Source: Samsonia erythrinae
Lineage (GTDB): Bacteria > Pseudomonadota > Gammaproteobacteria > Enterobacterales > Enterobacteriaceae
Direction of reading: 5' to 3'
NCBI RefSeq assembly: GCF_004342665.1
Contig: NZ_SMBY01000004.1
Coordinates: 177,198 to 217,197, forward strand
Length of the DNA stretch: 40,000 nt
The notes under the pieces are model-generated. The model was not told the DNA's origin. It saw only the letters and a list, made by a program, of their open reading frames with translations, and made no database searches. Position 1 is the first letter of the stretch. Each line of letters begins with the position of its first letter. The position numbers were made by a program, and so were the translations under genes. Shown piece after piece: positions 1-9,814 of this stretch.

Positions 1-1387
1 ACGTCAGTTTCAGACAGGTCACACCATTAAATTCGGTCACACCAACGTTAGCACGACCTGATTCCAGCAGCGCATCGCCAACCCGTTGGTTGAGCAGGGC
101 GATGGCGGCATCATCTGCTGTTGCCAACTGCGGCGGGCGGGCGCGAAACAAGACGCTTGCCAGCTGTGGCTCCATGACCAACTCCAGCTCAGGTTGCTCA
201 GTAATAAACTGCGCCACCTGCTGCGCCAGCGTCACGCCATGATCGATGATCGCGGCGTACTGCCGCTGGCCCAACGCTTCCAGCCCCATCCACAGTTTCA
301 AGGCATCAAAACGACGCGTTGTCTGCAACGATTTTGACACCAGATTAGGCACGCCCTGTGCTTCGTCGAATTCGGAGTTCAGGTAAGCCGCCTGATAACG
401 CATCAGCTCGTAATGGCGGGCGTCTTTCAGCAGGAAGGCGCCGCAACTGATGGTTTGGAAGAACTGTTTATGGAAGTCCAGCGTAATGGAATCCACCAAC
501 TCAATCCCGTCCAGATAGTCACGATACTTCTCAGACAGCAGCAGCGCGCCGCCCCAGGCGGCATCGACATGCACCCAGATCTGATGTTCTGCGGCCAGTG
601 TCGCGATGGCGCGCAGCGGATCAATCGCGCCGGCGTCGGTGGTGCCCGCGGTGGCCACAATCGCCAGGATCTGTTCACCGTTAGCCTTGGCCTGCGCGAC
701 TTTATCGGCTAAATCGTTCAAATCCATCCGCGCGTAGCGATCGGTTTTCACCTGCGTGACGGATTGATAACCCAACCCGAGTAAAGCCATGTTCTTTTGC
801 ACCGAAAAATGGGCGTTTTCAGAACAGAAGACTTTAATTTTCTTCAGGTTGCCAGTCAGTCCGTGCAACTGGACCGAATGCCCCTGACGGGCAAAGAAAG
901 CATCGCGTGCCAGCATCAGCCCCATCAGATTGCTCTGTGTGCCGCCGCTGGTAAACACCCCGGCATCGCCTGACGGATAGCCAACCTGAGTACGTAGCCA
1001 TTCAATCAGTTTCATCTCAATGAGCGTGGCCGATGGGCTTTGATCCCAGGAATCCATACTCTGATTCGTGGCATTAATTAACACTTCCGCCGCCTGACTG
1101 ACCACCAGACTCGGGCAGTGCAGGTGCGCGACACACTGGGGGTGATGCACGGACAGGCTGTCTTGCAAGAAGTACTCAATCGCCCGCGCAATGGCGGCCT
1201 GATTCCCCAATCCCTCAGCATTAAAATCCAGCGAAATACGCTCACGCAGCTCGGCGACGCTTTTGCCTTGATACATCTCAGGTTGTTGTAACCATGCAAT
1301 AACGGCCTGAGTGCTCTGCGTCATGGCTTCCTGATAGGCTTCGATACTCTGCGCAGAGGATGCCAGAATCGGATTTAACTTAGACAT
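1..1387 (-). CDS. ddc: L-2,4-diaminobutyrate decarboxylase (group II PLP decarboxylase), C-terminus cut by window edge
   Basis: Minus-strand frame opens at ATG 1387 (MSKLNPILASSAQSIEAYQEAMTQSTQAV...) and stays open to position 1. It is absent from the ORF track because there is no stop inside the window. Contains the ...LDFHKQFF... PLP-lysine motif typical of group II decarboxylases. GGAG lies ~11 nt upstream, and the gene starts 17 nt after the dat stop, which suggests an operon. Confidence 0.8.
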   Translation of the reverse strand, partial: MSKLNPILASSAQSIEAYQEAMTQSTQAVIAWLQQPEMYQGKSVAELRERISLDFNAEGLGNQAAIARAIEYFLQDSLSVHHPQCVAHLHCPSLVVSQAAEVLINATNQSMDSWDQSPSATLIEMKLIEWLRTQVGYPSGDAGVFTSGGTQSNLMGLMLARDAFFARQGHSVQLHGLTGNLKKIKVFCSENAHFSVQKNMALLGLGYQSVTQVKTDRYARMDLNDLADKVAQAKANGEQILAIVATAGTTDAGAIDPLRAIATLAAEHQIWVHVDAAWGGALLLSEKYRDYLDGIELVDSITLDFHKQFFQTISCGAFLLKDARHYELMRYQAAYLNSEFDEAQGVPNLVSKSLQTTRRFDALKLWMGLEALGQRQYAAIIDHGVTLAQQVAQFITEQPELELVMEPQLASVLFRARPPQLATADDAAIALLNQRVGDALLESGRANVGVTEFNGVTCLKLT

Positions 1388-1404
1388 CACGGCATTCACT
1401 CCAC

Positions 1405-2790
1405 TCAAACCGGCTTCACGCCAGCAGATAACAGGGCGTTTTCAAATTTATCGAGGAAGATCTCCAATTCAGCGTTGCTGATGAGCAGAGAAGGGAGCAG
1501 ACGCAGTACGCAGCCATTACGACCGCCGCGCTCCAGAATCAGGCCCGCTTCAAAGCATTTTTTCTGCAACAGCGCAGACAGTTCGCCATCGGCCGGATAA
1601 CATCCCAAATGATCCTGTGCTTCATCAGGTTTGACGATCTCAATCCCGATCATGAGCCCCAGACCGCGAACATGACCTATCACCGGATAGCGCTGTTGCA
1701 ACGCGGCCAGCCTGCCTTTCAACCATTCACCTTGCTCAGCGACTTTCTCTGCTATCTTATTCTCGATGAGGTGTTTCAGGGTTGTCAGACCGGTTGCCAT
1801 TGCCAGTTGGTTACCGCGGAACGTGCCGGTATGGTGGCCGGGCGCCCAAGCATCAAACTGCTTTTTGATACCCAGGACAGCTAATGGCAAACCGCCGCCG
1901 ACGGCTTTTGACATCACGATGATGTCGGGTTCAATGCCCGCGTGTTCAAAGGCAAAGAACTTACCGGTACGCGCGAAACCGGCCTGAACTTCATCGACAA
2001 TCAGCAAGATGCCGTGTTCCTGCGTGACCTGACGGATACGCTGTAACCACTCTACCGGTGCGGGGTTCACGCCGCCTTCACCCTGAACCGCTTCCAGAAT
2101 GACTGCCGCCGGTTTACGCACGCCGCTTTCGACATCGTTAATCAGGTTTTCGAAGTAGTAAGTTAATGCTTTTACGCCAGCCTCGCCGCCAATACCCAAT
2201 GGGCAGCGGTACTGGTGGGGATAGGGCATGAACTGAACTTCTGGCATCATCCCGTCAACGGCTTCTTTGGGGGACAGATTGCCTGTTACCGACAGCGCGC
2301 CGTGAGTCATACCGTGGTAGCCCCCGGAGAAACTGATCACGCCGGAACGTCCGGTGTATTTTTTAGCCAGCTTCAGCGCAGCTTCCACCGCATCGGCGCC
2401 GGAAGGGCCCGTAAACTGAAGGCAGTACGCTTTACCCTGTCCGGGTAATAACGACAGCAGATACTCAGAGAACCGATCTTTCAACGGCGTAGTGAGATCG
2501 AGCGTATGTAACGGCAAGCCGCTGGTAATGACACTTTGGATGCTTTGCAATACGTCAGGGTGGTTATGTCCAAGCGCCAACGTACCCGCACCAGCCAGGC
2601 AATCAAGATATTGTTTATTATCAACATCCGTGATCCAGACACCTTCCGCTTTCGCAATTGCCAAAGGCAATTTACGGGGATAACTCCTCACGTTTGATTC
2701 AAATTCGGACTGTCTTGCCAAATAGGTCTCGTTGTTTCCGGTAAATGAATTTGCACCTAAGCTGTCAATACGGACTTTATCCGTCATCAT
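1405..2790 (-). CDS. dat: diaminobutyrate--2-oxoglutarate aminotransferase (class III PLP aminotransferase)
   Basis: ORF 1405..2895 trimmed to the ATG at 2790 ([16 protein letters not shown]...), which is preceded by AGGAGA. Class III aminotransferase motifs are present: [33 protein letters not shown]. Sits directly upstream of ddc. Confidence 0.85.
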   Translation of the reverse strand: MMTDKVRIDSLGANSFTGNNETYLARQSEFESNVRSYPRKLPLAIAKAEGVWITDVDNKQYLDCLAGAGTLALGHNHPDVLQSIQSVITSGLPLHTLDLTTPLKDRFSEYLLSLLPGQGKAYCLQFTGPSGADAVEAALKLAKKYTGRSGVISFSGGYHGMTHGALSVTGNLSPKEAVDGMMPEVQFMPYPHQYRCPLGIGGEAGVKALTYYFENLINDVESGVRKPAAVILEAVQGEGGVNPAPVEWLQRIRQVTQEHGILLIVDEVQAGFARTGKFFAFEHAGIEPDIIVMSKAVGGGLPLAVLGIKKQFDAWAPGHHTGTFRGNQLAMATGLTTLKHLIENKIAEKVAEQGEWLKGRLAALQQRYPVIGHVRGLGLMIGIEIVKPDEAQDHLGCYPADGELSALLQKKCFEAGLILERGGRNGCVLRLLPSLLISNAELEIFLDKFENALLSAGVKPV

Positions 2791-3104
2791 ATCTCTCCTA
2801 CAACCGTGGGGGATGGGTACACCACCGTTGAATAAATAAATTAAACACATAACCACTATAAGAAAAGCGCGGCCAATATAGGGTTTTTCAGTCACCGACT
2901 CAATGATTTATTTCATTTCTAAATATTTATTTTTATAGATAAAAATCAATAGGTTAATTTATTTTATCGGGGGATGTTACCACGATTGTTTTACCTGTTT
3001 ATTAAATGAGCGAAAAAATCCTGCGCCAGCACGCTTAACGCGATGCAAAGAGGGCTGCGGTCACATGAATGGCACTTAAGGGGGGAACATCATTTCCGTT
3101 GTTG

Positions 3105-3136
3105 CCCTTAAACATACCGAGTGGTATGTTTAAGGG
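3105..3136. promoter_or_regulatory. perfect 14-bp inverted repeat (CCCTTAAACATACC-GAGT-GGTATGTTTAAGGG), candidate TetR operator
   Basis: Read directly: 3105-3118 is the exact reverse complement of 3123-3136, with a 4-nt spacer. It ends 1 nt before the ATG at 3138 of the TetR gene. A partial third copy (CTTAAGGGG) lies at ~3075-3083. Confidence 0.5.
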
Positions 3137-3137
3137 C

Positions 3138-3713
3138 ATGACAACTAATCATCATCGTAAAAAACAACCCGAGCTTGTCAGGGCTTCTCTGATTACGTGT
3201 GCAAAAGCGCTGGCGGAAACGCGCGGTCTTTCTGCCATCAGCGTGCTGGCCATCTGTGATATGGCGGGGGTGACCAAAGGCGCTTTTTTTCATCATTTTC
3301 AGAATAAAGAGGCGCTGCTTAACTGTGTCTTTGAACAGATGATCGTCGATTTTTCAGATGAAATCGAAAAACTGATGGCCGAGGATCCTTCTGATACCGG
3401 GGCGTTCACCCGGGCATATCTTGAGCTGGGGATCTCAACCATGAAGAATCGCGGCCTAATGACGTTGTGGAAGTCTGCCATGGCGGATGAAAACATCTGT
3501 AGCCTATGGCGGGAATGGTATCTTGGCATGCTTGCGAAGCGCGGGGAGCTTGAGGATAAGCCAAATTTATCTATCGTGCGATTTGCTGCTGACGGATTAT
3601 GTCTGGGGATGAGCATGCAGATAGTTCCCGATAATCTGGACGTCAACATTTCCGCGCTGCGTCAGCTTGCCTCTGACGCGTCAGTAAACAACCCAAGACA
3701 ACTTAACGTTTAA
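3138..3713 (+). CDS. TetR/AcrR-family transcriptional regulator
   Basis: ORF 3069..3713. N-terminal HTH region ...LVRASLITCAKALAETRGLSAISVLAICDMAGVTKGAFFHHFQNKEALL is typical of TetR. The start is uncertain (ATG at 3069, 3126 or 3138). I chose 3138 because it gives the usual ~13-residue lead-in before helix 1. Confidence 0.75.
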   Translation: MTTNHHRKKQPELVRASLITCAKALAETRGLSAISVLAICDMAGVTKGAFFHHFQNKEALLNCVFEQMIVDFSDEIEKLMAEDPSDTGAFTRAYLELGISTMKNRGLMTLWKSAMADENICSLWREWYLGMLAKRGELEDKPNLSIVRFAADGLCLGMSMQIVPDNLDVNISALRQLASDASVNNPRQLNV

Positions 3714-3734
3714 TCAATCAACCCGGAGTAACTC

Positions 3735-4751
3735 ATGCCGAATCCTTTTCTCATTATTGGTGGTTACGGGACTGTTGGTTCCCATCTTGTTACGCTGCTG
3801 AACCAGTTTCAGCCAGAACTGCCGATTGTTATTGCGGGGCGAAATGAAAAAAAAGCCCGTGAAGCTGCAACGCGATTTCATAATACGACAGGCATAGCGG
3901 TAGATACGCAGCGAAGCGATCTGGGCATCGATCCTGAACAAAAGTTCAGTGGCATTGCGCTGCTAACCAATGACTTATCAACAAAGCCCGCGCAGTATGC
4001 CGTTAAGCATGGCATCCCTTATACCAGTATTGCGACCCAGCTAAACCACATCGCGCCTAAACTGACGCTGTATCTGAACAACCTATCCGATTGCCGGGTA
4101 CTCATTCAGGATACGAGCTTCGCAGGCGTTCTGATTTCTGCGGGGATCCAGTGCGCCGGGTATTTTCGTCAGGTTGAGCAGATACGTGTCGGCGTGTTGA
4201 TGGATGAAAATGACCTTGGCGGGCCGGCCAGTATGGCGGATTTTGATGACTTCGCGCAAAAAGAGGCGGGGCTGGTATTAGATCGTACTCAGTGGAAGGT
4301 TCCTCGTGGTGGAGAGGCGGGATATTTATACACGCTAGAGGATGGCGCCACATTTACGGCGACAAGTTTTCCGGGATTTGATGCCGCAGAACTGGCTCAC
4401 GTGACGCAAGCTGATTCGGTCAGGGTTGATTTAACCGTCGGGCAGACACCCGGCAGTCGCCAAGCGAATAAACCTTCGGTTGAAATCGTATATGAAATGG
4501 ATGGCACGCTGCATAACGGAAAATCGGGCACCCTGAATTTCCAGCTCACCCACCCGGAGGGACAGTCCTTTCTGACTGCGTTGGGCGTCGCGGTGGGTAT
4601 TGAGTCACTTCTGCAGAAGGTGAACGCGCCGGGGCTGTATCTGTCCTCGCAGGTGATCCCGGCTGAGCTAATGATGGAACGCCTGACGCAGTCGGGGGGA
4701 ACGGTAAGGCCGTTAACCGATGTGTCTGATCTTCCGGTAAAAGCAGACTAA
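3735..4751 (+). CDS. saccharopine-dehydrogenase-like NAD(P)-binding (Rossmann) protein, function unknown
   Basis: 338-aa ORF starting 21 nt after the TetR stop. N-terminal LIIGGYGTVGSHL glycine-rich dinucleotide-binding motif followed by ...IAGRNEKKAREAA. No more specific family recognised. Confidence 0.55.
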   Translation: MPNPFLIIGGYGTVGSHLVTLLNQFQPELPIVIAGRNEKKAREAATRFHNTTGIAVDTQRSDLGIDPEQKFSGIALLTNDLSTKPAQYAVKHGIPYTSIATQLNHIAPKLTLYLNNLSDCRVLIQDTSFAGVLISAGIQCAGYFRQVEQIRVGVLMDENDLGGPASMADFDDFAQKEAGLVLDRTQWKVPRGGEAGYLYTLEDGATFTATSFPGFDAAELAHVTQADSVRVDLTVGQTPGSRQANKPSVEIVYEMDGTLHNGKSGTLNFQLTHPEGQSFLTALGVAVGIESLLQKVNAPGLYLSSQVIPAELMMERLTQSGGTVRPLTDVSDLPVKAD

Positions 4752-4760
4752 CGTTTTCTT

Positions 4761-4793
4761 CAGCCATCCTTTGCCGGATGGCTGTTCTCGTTT
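4761..4793 (+). terminator. rho-independent terminator after the 3735..4751 gene
   Basis: Perfect 9-bp stem CAGCCATCC (4761-4769) / GGATGGCTG (4776-4784) with a 6-nt loop, followed by TTCTCGTTT. It lies between convergent genes. The opposite orientation has no U-tract. Confidence 0.6.
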
Positions 4794-4838
4794 CAGTCCC
4801 GACATTCTCATTTCACTGGCCCTTACAACCAGACGGTT

Positions 4839-6131
4839 TTAGCGCCCCCAACGGCTTTTGAGGTAGCGAACGGCTTCCTGAGTTTGTGGCTGATTAAGGT
4901 AGTTCTCTCTGAACAGGATGGTGCCGTTTATTTGTGGGAGAGATTCGTTCAAATCGAGCTGCTTTTTTAACTCCGTCACACCACCGTTGATCGTCCAGTC
5001 AGGCTCATTCTTTGCCGGTTCACCCACTTTGTACAGCGCAATGCCAATATAAAGACGCGTATTTGTGGGCTTCACGACATCCGCCCACCATTTCGCCAAG
5101 ACATCATAACGCGCTGCGGTACGGGCAAAAGGCCAGTATAGCTGTGGGGCGATGTAATCCAGCAATCCCTGTTGAACCCAGAGACGGGTATCAGCGTAGG
5201 CCTCATCGTAGGTGGCCGCGCCACGGGTCTCCGAACCTGCCGGATCGCTGGAACGGTTACGCCACACGCCAGCGGGACTGACACCGAATTCAACGTTGGG
5301 ATTCAACTGCTTGATGGTTTGTGAAACCTGCTGAATCAGCTGTTGGGTATTGTGTCGCCGCCAGTCGGCTTTTGAGCTAAATCCCTGACCATATTGTTTA
5401 AAGGTATCATTATCATTCAGAGGGGAAGCGGCAGACTCGGCATAGAAATAATCATCGAACTGCACACCGTCAATCGGGTAGCGCGTAACCACTTCGGCCA
5501 CGATACTGGTGATCCAATCCCGAACCGCGGGGATCCCCGGGTCGAGAACAAAGCGGTCGGCGGCGGTGCGGATCCAGTCTCGATGCAATACAAATACGCT
5601 GGCCGGATGCCGGGACAGAGTGCGATTCAGCTCTGCGACGGTTGCAGGCTTGGTGTTAACGGAAACGCGATAAGGATTAAACCAGGCATGGACTTTGATG
5701 CCGCGTTTGTGTGCCTCATCCAATAGGAATGCTAACGGGTCATAGCCGGGATCCTCGCCAATCTTACCCGTCAGCATATCTGACCAGGGCAAGAGTTGAG
5801 AGGGCCAGAGCGCTGTGCCATCAGGTTTAACCTGAAAAAATACGGTGTTGATTCCAAGATTTTCCAAGTTATCCAGTTTATTCTTCAGTGCGCTCTGCTG
5901 CTGAGTAATACGCATCGCCGGATCGGTCGCAGCGACTGATGCTATCGGCGGCCAGTCGAGACGAGAGACGGTCGCCAACCAGACTCCCCGCATTGGGCGC
6001 TGACGCGGAGGCGTTTTTTCTGGATGCGACGAGTTAACAGAAGGAAGTGGGGTAACAAGTGAGCTCGGCGGTTTAGACGCGCAACTGGCAAGTAAGAAGG
6101 CAGCGGCAATAAATACGACGGGCTTTTTCAC
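4839..6131 (-). CDS. YddW/DigH-like lipoprotein (UPF0748, glycoside-hydrolase-like family 10 fold)
   Basis: 430-aa ORF with a GTG start. Signal peptide plus lipobox MKKPVVFIAAAFLLAS|C. Core motifs RGVWLATVSRLDWPP, GINTVFFQV and HAWFNPYR resemble the GHL10/YddW family as I recall it. Confidence 0.6.
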   Translation of the reverse strand: MKKPVVFIAAAFLLASCASKPPSSLVTPLPSVNSSHPEKTPPRQRPMRGVWLATVSRLDWPPIASVAATDPAMRITQQQSALKNKLDNLENLGINTVFFQVKPDGTALWPSQLLPWSDMLTGKIGEDPGYDPLAFLLDEAHKRGIKVHAWFNPYRVSVNTKPATVAELNRTLSRHPASVFVLHRDWIRTAADRFVLDPGIPAVRDWITSIVAEVVTRYPIDGVQFDDYFYAESAASPLNDNDTFKQYGQGFSSKADWRRHNTQQLIQQVSQTIKQLNPNVEFGVSPAGVWRNRSSDPAGSETRGAATYDEAYADTRLWVQQGLLDYIAPQLYWPFARTAARYDVLAKWWADVVKPTNTRLYIGIALYKVGEPAKNEPDWTINGGVTELKKQLDLNESLPQINGTILFRENYLNQPQTQEAVRYLKSRWGR

Positions 6132-6136
6132 GTTGA

Positions 6137-6424
6137 TCAGCGCTTATTTCTACGGCTATTTGCCCAAGGGTCAACGGCATCATCATTGGGGGGGAGGTGA
6201 GCGGCGCCATGCAGAGAGTCAAGATACAGCGCTTCAACTTTGTCACGAGCCCAAGGGGTGCGACGCAGAAATTTTAAACTGGATTTGACGCTCGGATCGT
6301 TTTTAAAACAATTGATAGCGATCAACTTACTCAGTTGAACCCACCCAAAACGGGCAACCAGCGCATTAACTTGCATCTCAAGCGTTACGCCATGCAAAGG
6401 ATCTTTAGCAGTAGGAACCGTCAT
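6137..6424 (-). CDS. VF530/DUF2132-family small protein (putative DNA-binding four-helix protein)
   Basis: ORF 6137..6541 trimmed to the internal ATG at 6424 (MTVPTAKDPLHGVTLEMQVNALVARFGW...KNDPSVKSSLKFLRRTPWARDKVEALYL). The DPLHGVTLE and KSSLKFLR.TPWAR.KVE motifs match my memory of DUF2132. Its stop is 5 nt before the GTG of the downstream lipoprotein gene. Confidence 0.55.
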   Translation of the reverse strand: MTVPTAKDPLHGVTLEMQVNALVARFGWVQLSKLIAINCFKNDPSVKSSLKFLRRTPWARDKVEALYLDSLHGAAHLPPNDDAVDPWANSRRNKR

Positions 6425-6537
6425 ATAACGTCCGGTAGTCTCAGCGTTTGTTCGTAATAAACAGTAACGAGGAAGATTACAAGAAAGCGGGGCGGCCAGC
6501 AATCTTATGCCGTTAATCCAAGATTTTTCGATAGGGC

Positions 6538-7548
6538 TCAACAGATTCGTGGCAAGGGTTCCGCATGCGGCAAATTGAGTGAGCGTTTCACGCCGTAAAG
6601 GCCAATAGTGCGAACGCCATGCTGTACGGTGACGTCACCGATCGCGGCGGCGTTATGTCCCAGTGGATGTTGATGCAGCGTTTCGAGCACCGTTGGCGCG
6701 GCCTGACGACTGGCGATAATCACCAGTTTGCCTTCATTGGCGAAGTTGAGTGGATCCAGCCCAAGAAGTTCGCAGACGCCGCGCACCGCCGCATTAATGG
6801 GTAATGTTGCTTCGCTGATCTCCATCCCGTAACCGCTCATTGCGGCAAACTCATGCAATACGGCGTTGACGCCGCCGCGGGTCGCATCGCGCAGCGCTTT
6901 GATTCCCGGAATTGACCACAGCGTCTGGATCATCGGAGCCAGTACCGCACAATCGCTGGTTAATTCACCTTCCAGACCGAGTTGTTCGCGCAAATTGAGG
7001 ATAGTCGCACCGTGATCCCCCAATGTCCCGCTGACAATAATGACGTCGTCTTTTTCGATTTGGTTGGTTCCCCAGTGGAGCGAGGGTGAAATGGCGCCGA
7101 TACCGGCCGTATTAATAAAAATTTTATCCGCCGCGCCGCGCGGCACGACTTTGGTATCACCCGTCACGATCGCGATGCCGGCGTCCTGCGCGGTCTGTGC
7201 CATCTGGCGCACAATACGTTCCAGTGTATCCAGCGGCAACCCCTCTTCGAGTATAAAGCCGCAGGAAAGCCAGCGCGGTTGCGCACCACTGACCGCGATA
7301 TCATTGGCTGTCCCGCAGATTGCAAGCTTACCGATGTCGCCTCCGGGGAAAAAAAGCGGGTCGATGACATAACTGTCCGTCGAGAAGGCCAATCGATCGC
7401 CGTTGGCCGTCAGTGCCGATAAGGGCAGACGCGCGGCATCTTCTTGTTCCGCAAGCCACGGGTTAGTGAAGGCGTCCATAAACAGGTTGGCGATTAGTTG
7501 CTGCATGGCCTGACCACCGCTACCGTGGGCGAGGGTAATGGTTTTCAT
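6538..7548 (-). CDS. hypE: hydrogenase maturation protein HypE (carbamoyl dehydratase)
   Basis: 336 aa, MKTITLAHGSGGQAMQQLI..., PurM-like, with the diagnostic C-terminal ...PRIC. The start overlaps the hypD stop (ATGA-type, 4 nt). Confidence 0.95.
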   Translation of the reverse strand: MKTITLAHGSGGQAMQQLIANLFMDAFTNPWLAEQEDAARLPLSALTANGDRLAFSTDSYVIDPLFFPGGDIGKLAICGTANDIAVSGAQPRWLSCGFILEEGLPLDTLERIVRQMAQTAQDAGIAIVTGDTKVVPRGAADKIFINTAGIGAISPSLHWGTNQIEKDDVIIVSGTLGDHGATILNLREQLGLEGELTSDCAVLAPMIQTLWSIPGIKALRDATRGGVNAVLHEFAAMSGYGMEISEATLPINAAVRGVCELLGLDPLNFANEGKLVIIASRQAAPTVLETLHQHPLGHNAAAIGDVTVQHGVRTIGLYGVKRSLNLPHAEPLPRIC

Positions 7549-8669
7549 GCTTCACACTCCTGACTGCGGTATTGATACCAGGCCGCGCATGCCCCTTCCG
7601 AAGACACCATCAGGGCGCCAAAGGCATTTTGCGGGTTACAGGTTGTTCCAAAAAGTGGACACTGATGGGGCTTGCAGCGTCCGGTCAGGACATCGCCGCA
7701 ACGGGCGCGAGGGTCGTCACAGGCTTGTTGCGAATGTGGATGAAAATGCTGTTCCGCATCAAAACACTGATATTCCGGGGTTAATTTGACGCCGGATTGT
7801 TCAATCATCCCCAGACCACGCCATTCGGCATTCCCTTCCAGCATAAAGACCTGAGCCATTGCCTCTTGCGCCCGCGTGTTTCCGGTATCAGAGACGATGC
7901 GGCGGTATTGATTTTCCACTTTGGGCTGCCCGTCGAGTTTTTGCTCGACCAGCATCAGTACGCCTTGCAGCAAATCGACGGGTTCGAAGCCCGCCACGAC
8001 CAACGGACGCTGATAGTGGGTCGCAATAAACTGATAACGCTCAATGCCAATCACCATACTGACGTGACCCGGAGCCAGAAACGCATCAATGTCATTATCC
8101 GGTTGTTCCAGCAGGCGGCGTAAGGTTGGAATTAACGTAATGTGTTGGCAAAAAAAGTAAAAATTATCCACCTTATCGGCTTTAGCCTGTTGTAGCGTAA
8201 CCGCGGTGGCAGGCATCGTGGTTTCAAAACCCAGCCCGAAAAACACGACCTGTCGTTGGGGATTAGCGCGCGCCAGTTGTAACGCGTCCATGGGGGAATA
8301 GACGACACGAACATCGGCGCCGCGTGCGCTCGCATCCATCAGCGAGCCGGTTTTCCCCGGCACGCGAATCGCATCACCAAAGGTACAGAATATCACCTCC
8401 GGGTGACGGGCAATGTCCAGGCAGGTATCAATGCGTCCCATGGGTAAGACACAGACGGGACAACCGGGCCCGTGGATAAATTCAATGTTTTCCGGCAGTA
8501 ATTGGTCGAGACCAAACTTAAAGATCGCATGGGTATGACCGCCACACACTTCCATAATGCGTAAGGGACGTTGCGCATTATAGTCCGTCAGTTGCGACGC
8601 GCGATCGTGGAGACGCTCAATCAACGCCATCACTTTCGCCGGATCGCGATATTCATCGACAAAACGCAT
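7545..8669 (-). CDS. hypD: hydrogenase maturation Fe-S protein HypD
   Basis: 374 aa, [13 protein letters not shown]...; motifs CGGHTH, GPGCPVCV and FETT are present. Confidence 0.95.
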   Translation of the reverse strand: MRFVDEYRDPAKVMALIERLHDRASQLTDYNAQRPLRIMEVCGGHTHAIFKFGLDQLLPENIEFIHGPGCPVCVLPMGRIDTCLDIARHPEVIFCTFGDAIRVPGKTGSLMDASARGADVRVVYSPMDALQLARANPQRQVVFFGLGFETTMPATAVTLQQAKADKVDNFYFFCQHITLIPTLRRLLEQPDNDIDAFLAPGHVSMVIGIERYQFIATHYQRPLVVAGFEPVDLLQGVLMLVEQKLDGQPKVENQYRRIVSDTGNTRAQEAMAQVFMLEGNAEWRGLGMIEQSGVKLTPEYQCFDAEQHFHPHSQQACDDPRARCGDVLTGRCKPHQCPLFGTTCNPQNAFGALMVSSEGACAAWYQYRSQECEA

Positions 8670-8947
8670 TACTGACGCTCCTCACCATACAACAGTGCGC
8701 CGACATCCGGTTCCACGGCATACATATTTTGTAAGGCGTCGAGGGTATCTCGAGCGTCATGTTCATCAATGACGCTCATCGCAAAGCCAACGTGGATCAG
8801 GACCCATTGGCCGATACGCGGATGTCCGTTTTCGTCGTGGGTGCCGACCAGCGTCATATTGACATCGCGCTGTATGCCGCAGACATCAACTTTGGCGTAA
8901 CGGCTATCGATGATGTGTATGATTTGCCCGGGAACGCCTATGCACAT
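8669..8947 (-). CDS. hypC: hydrogenase maturation chaperone HypC
   Basis: ORF 8669..8977 trimmed to the ATG at 8947, giving the invariant N-terminus MCIGVPGQI. The start overlaps the hypB stop by 10 nt, and the stop shares 1 nt (8669) with the hypD start. Confidence 0.9.
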   Translation of the reverse strand: MCIGVPGQIIHIIDSRYAKVDVCGIQRDVNMTLVGTHDENGHPRIGQWVLIHVGFAMSVIDEHDARDTLDALQNMYAVEPDVGALLYGEERQ

Positions 8948-9813
8948 GGTTGTTGATTCTCCAGCCAGGCGAGCCACTGATTCATGCCGTCGCCTTTCGT
9001 GGCGGAAATCTGCAAAATTTCAATCTCAGGGTTGACCTCGCGCGCATAGGCCATGCATTTTTCCACATCGAAATCCAGATACGGCAGTAAATCGACTTTG
9101 TTGAGCAGCAGTAACGACGCTGCGGCAAACATATGCGGGTATTTGAGCGGTTTATCCTCACCTTCGGTGACAGACAGCACGACAACTTTATGGCGTTCGC
9201 CGAGGTCAAAACTTGCAGGACACACCAGATTGCCGACATTTTCAATAAACAGTATCCCGCGATTTGCCAGCGGGAGACGCTGTATCGCGTCATGGATCAT
9301 CTGCGCATCCAAATGACAGCCTTTCCCGGTATTGACCTGAATGGCCGGCGTGCCGGTTTCACGAATGCGCGAGGCATCATTGGCGGTTTGCTGATCGCCT
9401 TCAATCACGGCGCATTCGCAGCGGTTACGCAGGCGCTTGAGTGTTTCCGTCAGCAGCGTGGTTTTTCCCGAACCGGGGCTGGAAAGCAGATTCAGAACCA
9501 ACTGATTTTTAGCGGTAAAAACATGACGGTTGTCCGCGGCGATGTGATTGTTTTTGGCCAGAACGTCGATCTCTATTTCCAGCATGCGCCGTTGGGTCAT
9601 CCCCGGCGCATGCGTGCCGGCCTCGCCGTGACCATAATGAAGATCGCCGTGTTGAGTTTCCCGCGGCTCAAATGCCGGAAGGTGCAAGCCAGTGATGACA
9701 CTCGCCGGCCGGACGGCAGGGGCGAAAGGCGCGTGGCGGAACACGGAATGGGGATGATGTTCGTCTCCTTCGATATGACGGTTGCCCTCGCCACAACCAC
9801 AGGTCGTGCACAT
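8938..9813 (-). CDS. hypB: hydrogenase nickel-incorporation GTPase HypB
   Basis: ORF 8938..9870 trimmed to the ATG at 9813, giving [10 protein letters not shown] (the CxxCGC high-affinity Ni site). His-rich stretch and G-domain P-loop [11 protein letters not shown] are present. Confidence 0.9.
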   Translation of the reverse strand: MCTTCGCGEGNRHIEGDEHHPHSVFRHAPFAPAVRPASVITGLHLPAFEPRETQHGDLHYGHGEAGTHAPGMTQRRMLEIEIDVLAKNNHIAADNRHVFTAKNQLVLNLLSSPGSGKTTLLTETLKRLRNRCECAVIEGDQQTANDASRIRETGTPAIQVNTGKGCHLDAQMIHDAIQRLPLANRGILFIENVGNLVCPASFDLGERHKVVVLSVTEGEDKPLKYPHMFAAASLLLLNKVDLLPYLDFDVEKCMAYAREVNPEIEILQISATKGDGMNQWLAWLENQQPCA

Positions 9814-9814
9814 A

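Noticed and set aside
2791-2895. N-terminal extensions offered by the ORF track. Examples: dat from GTG 2895, hypB from 9870, hypC from 8977, hyfC from 21426, hyfG from 16700, hyfI from TTG 14394, hyfE from TTG 18928, hypF from 27269, DUF2132 from TTG 6541, and the CsbD-like gene from 34771.
   Set aside because: In each case an internal ATG or GTG has a better Shine-Dalgarno element, reproduces the conserved family N-terminus (for example MCIGVPG, MCTTCGC, MTGS...), and removes implausible overlap with the upstream gene.
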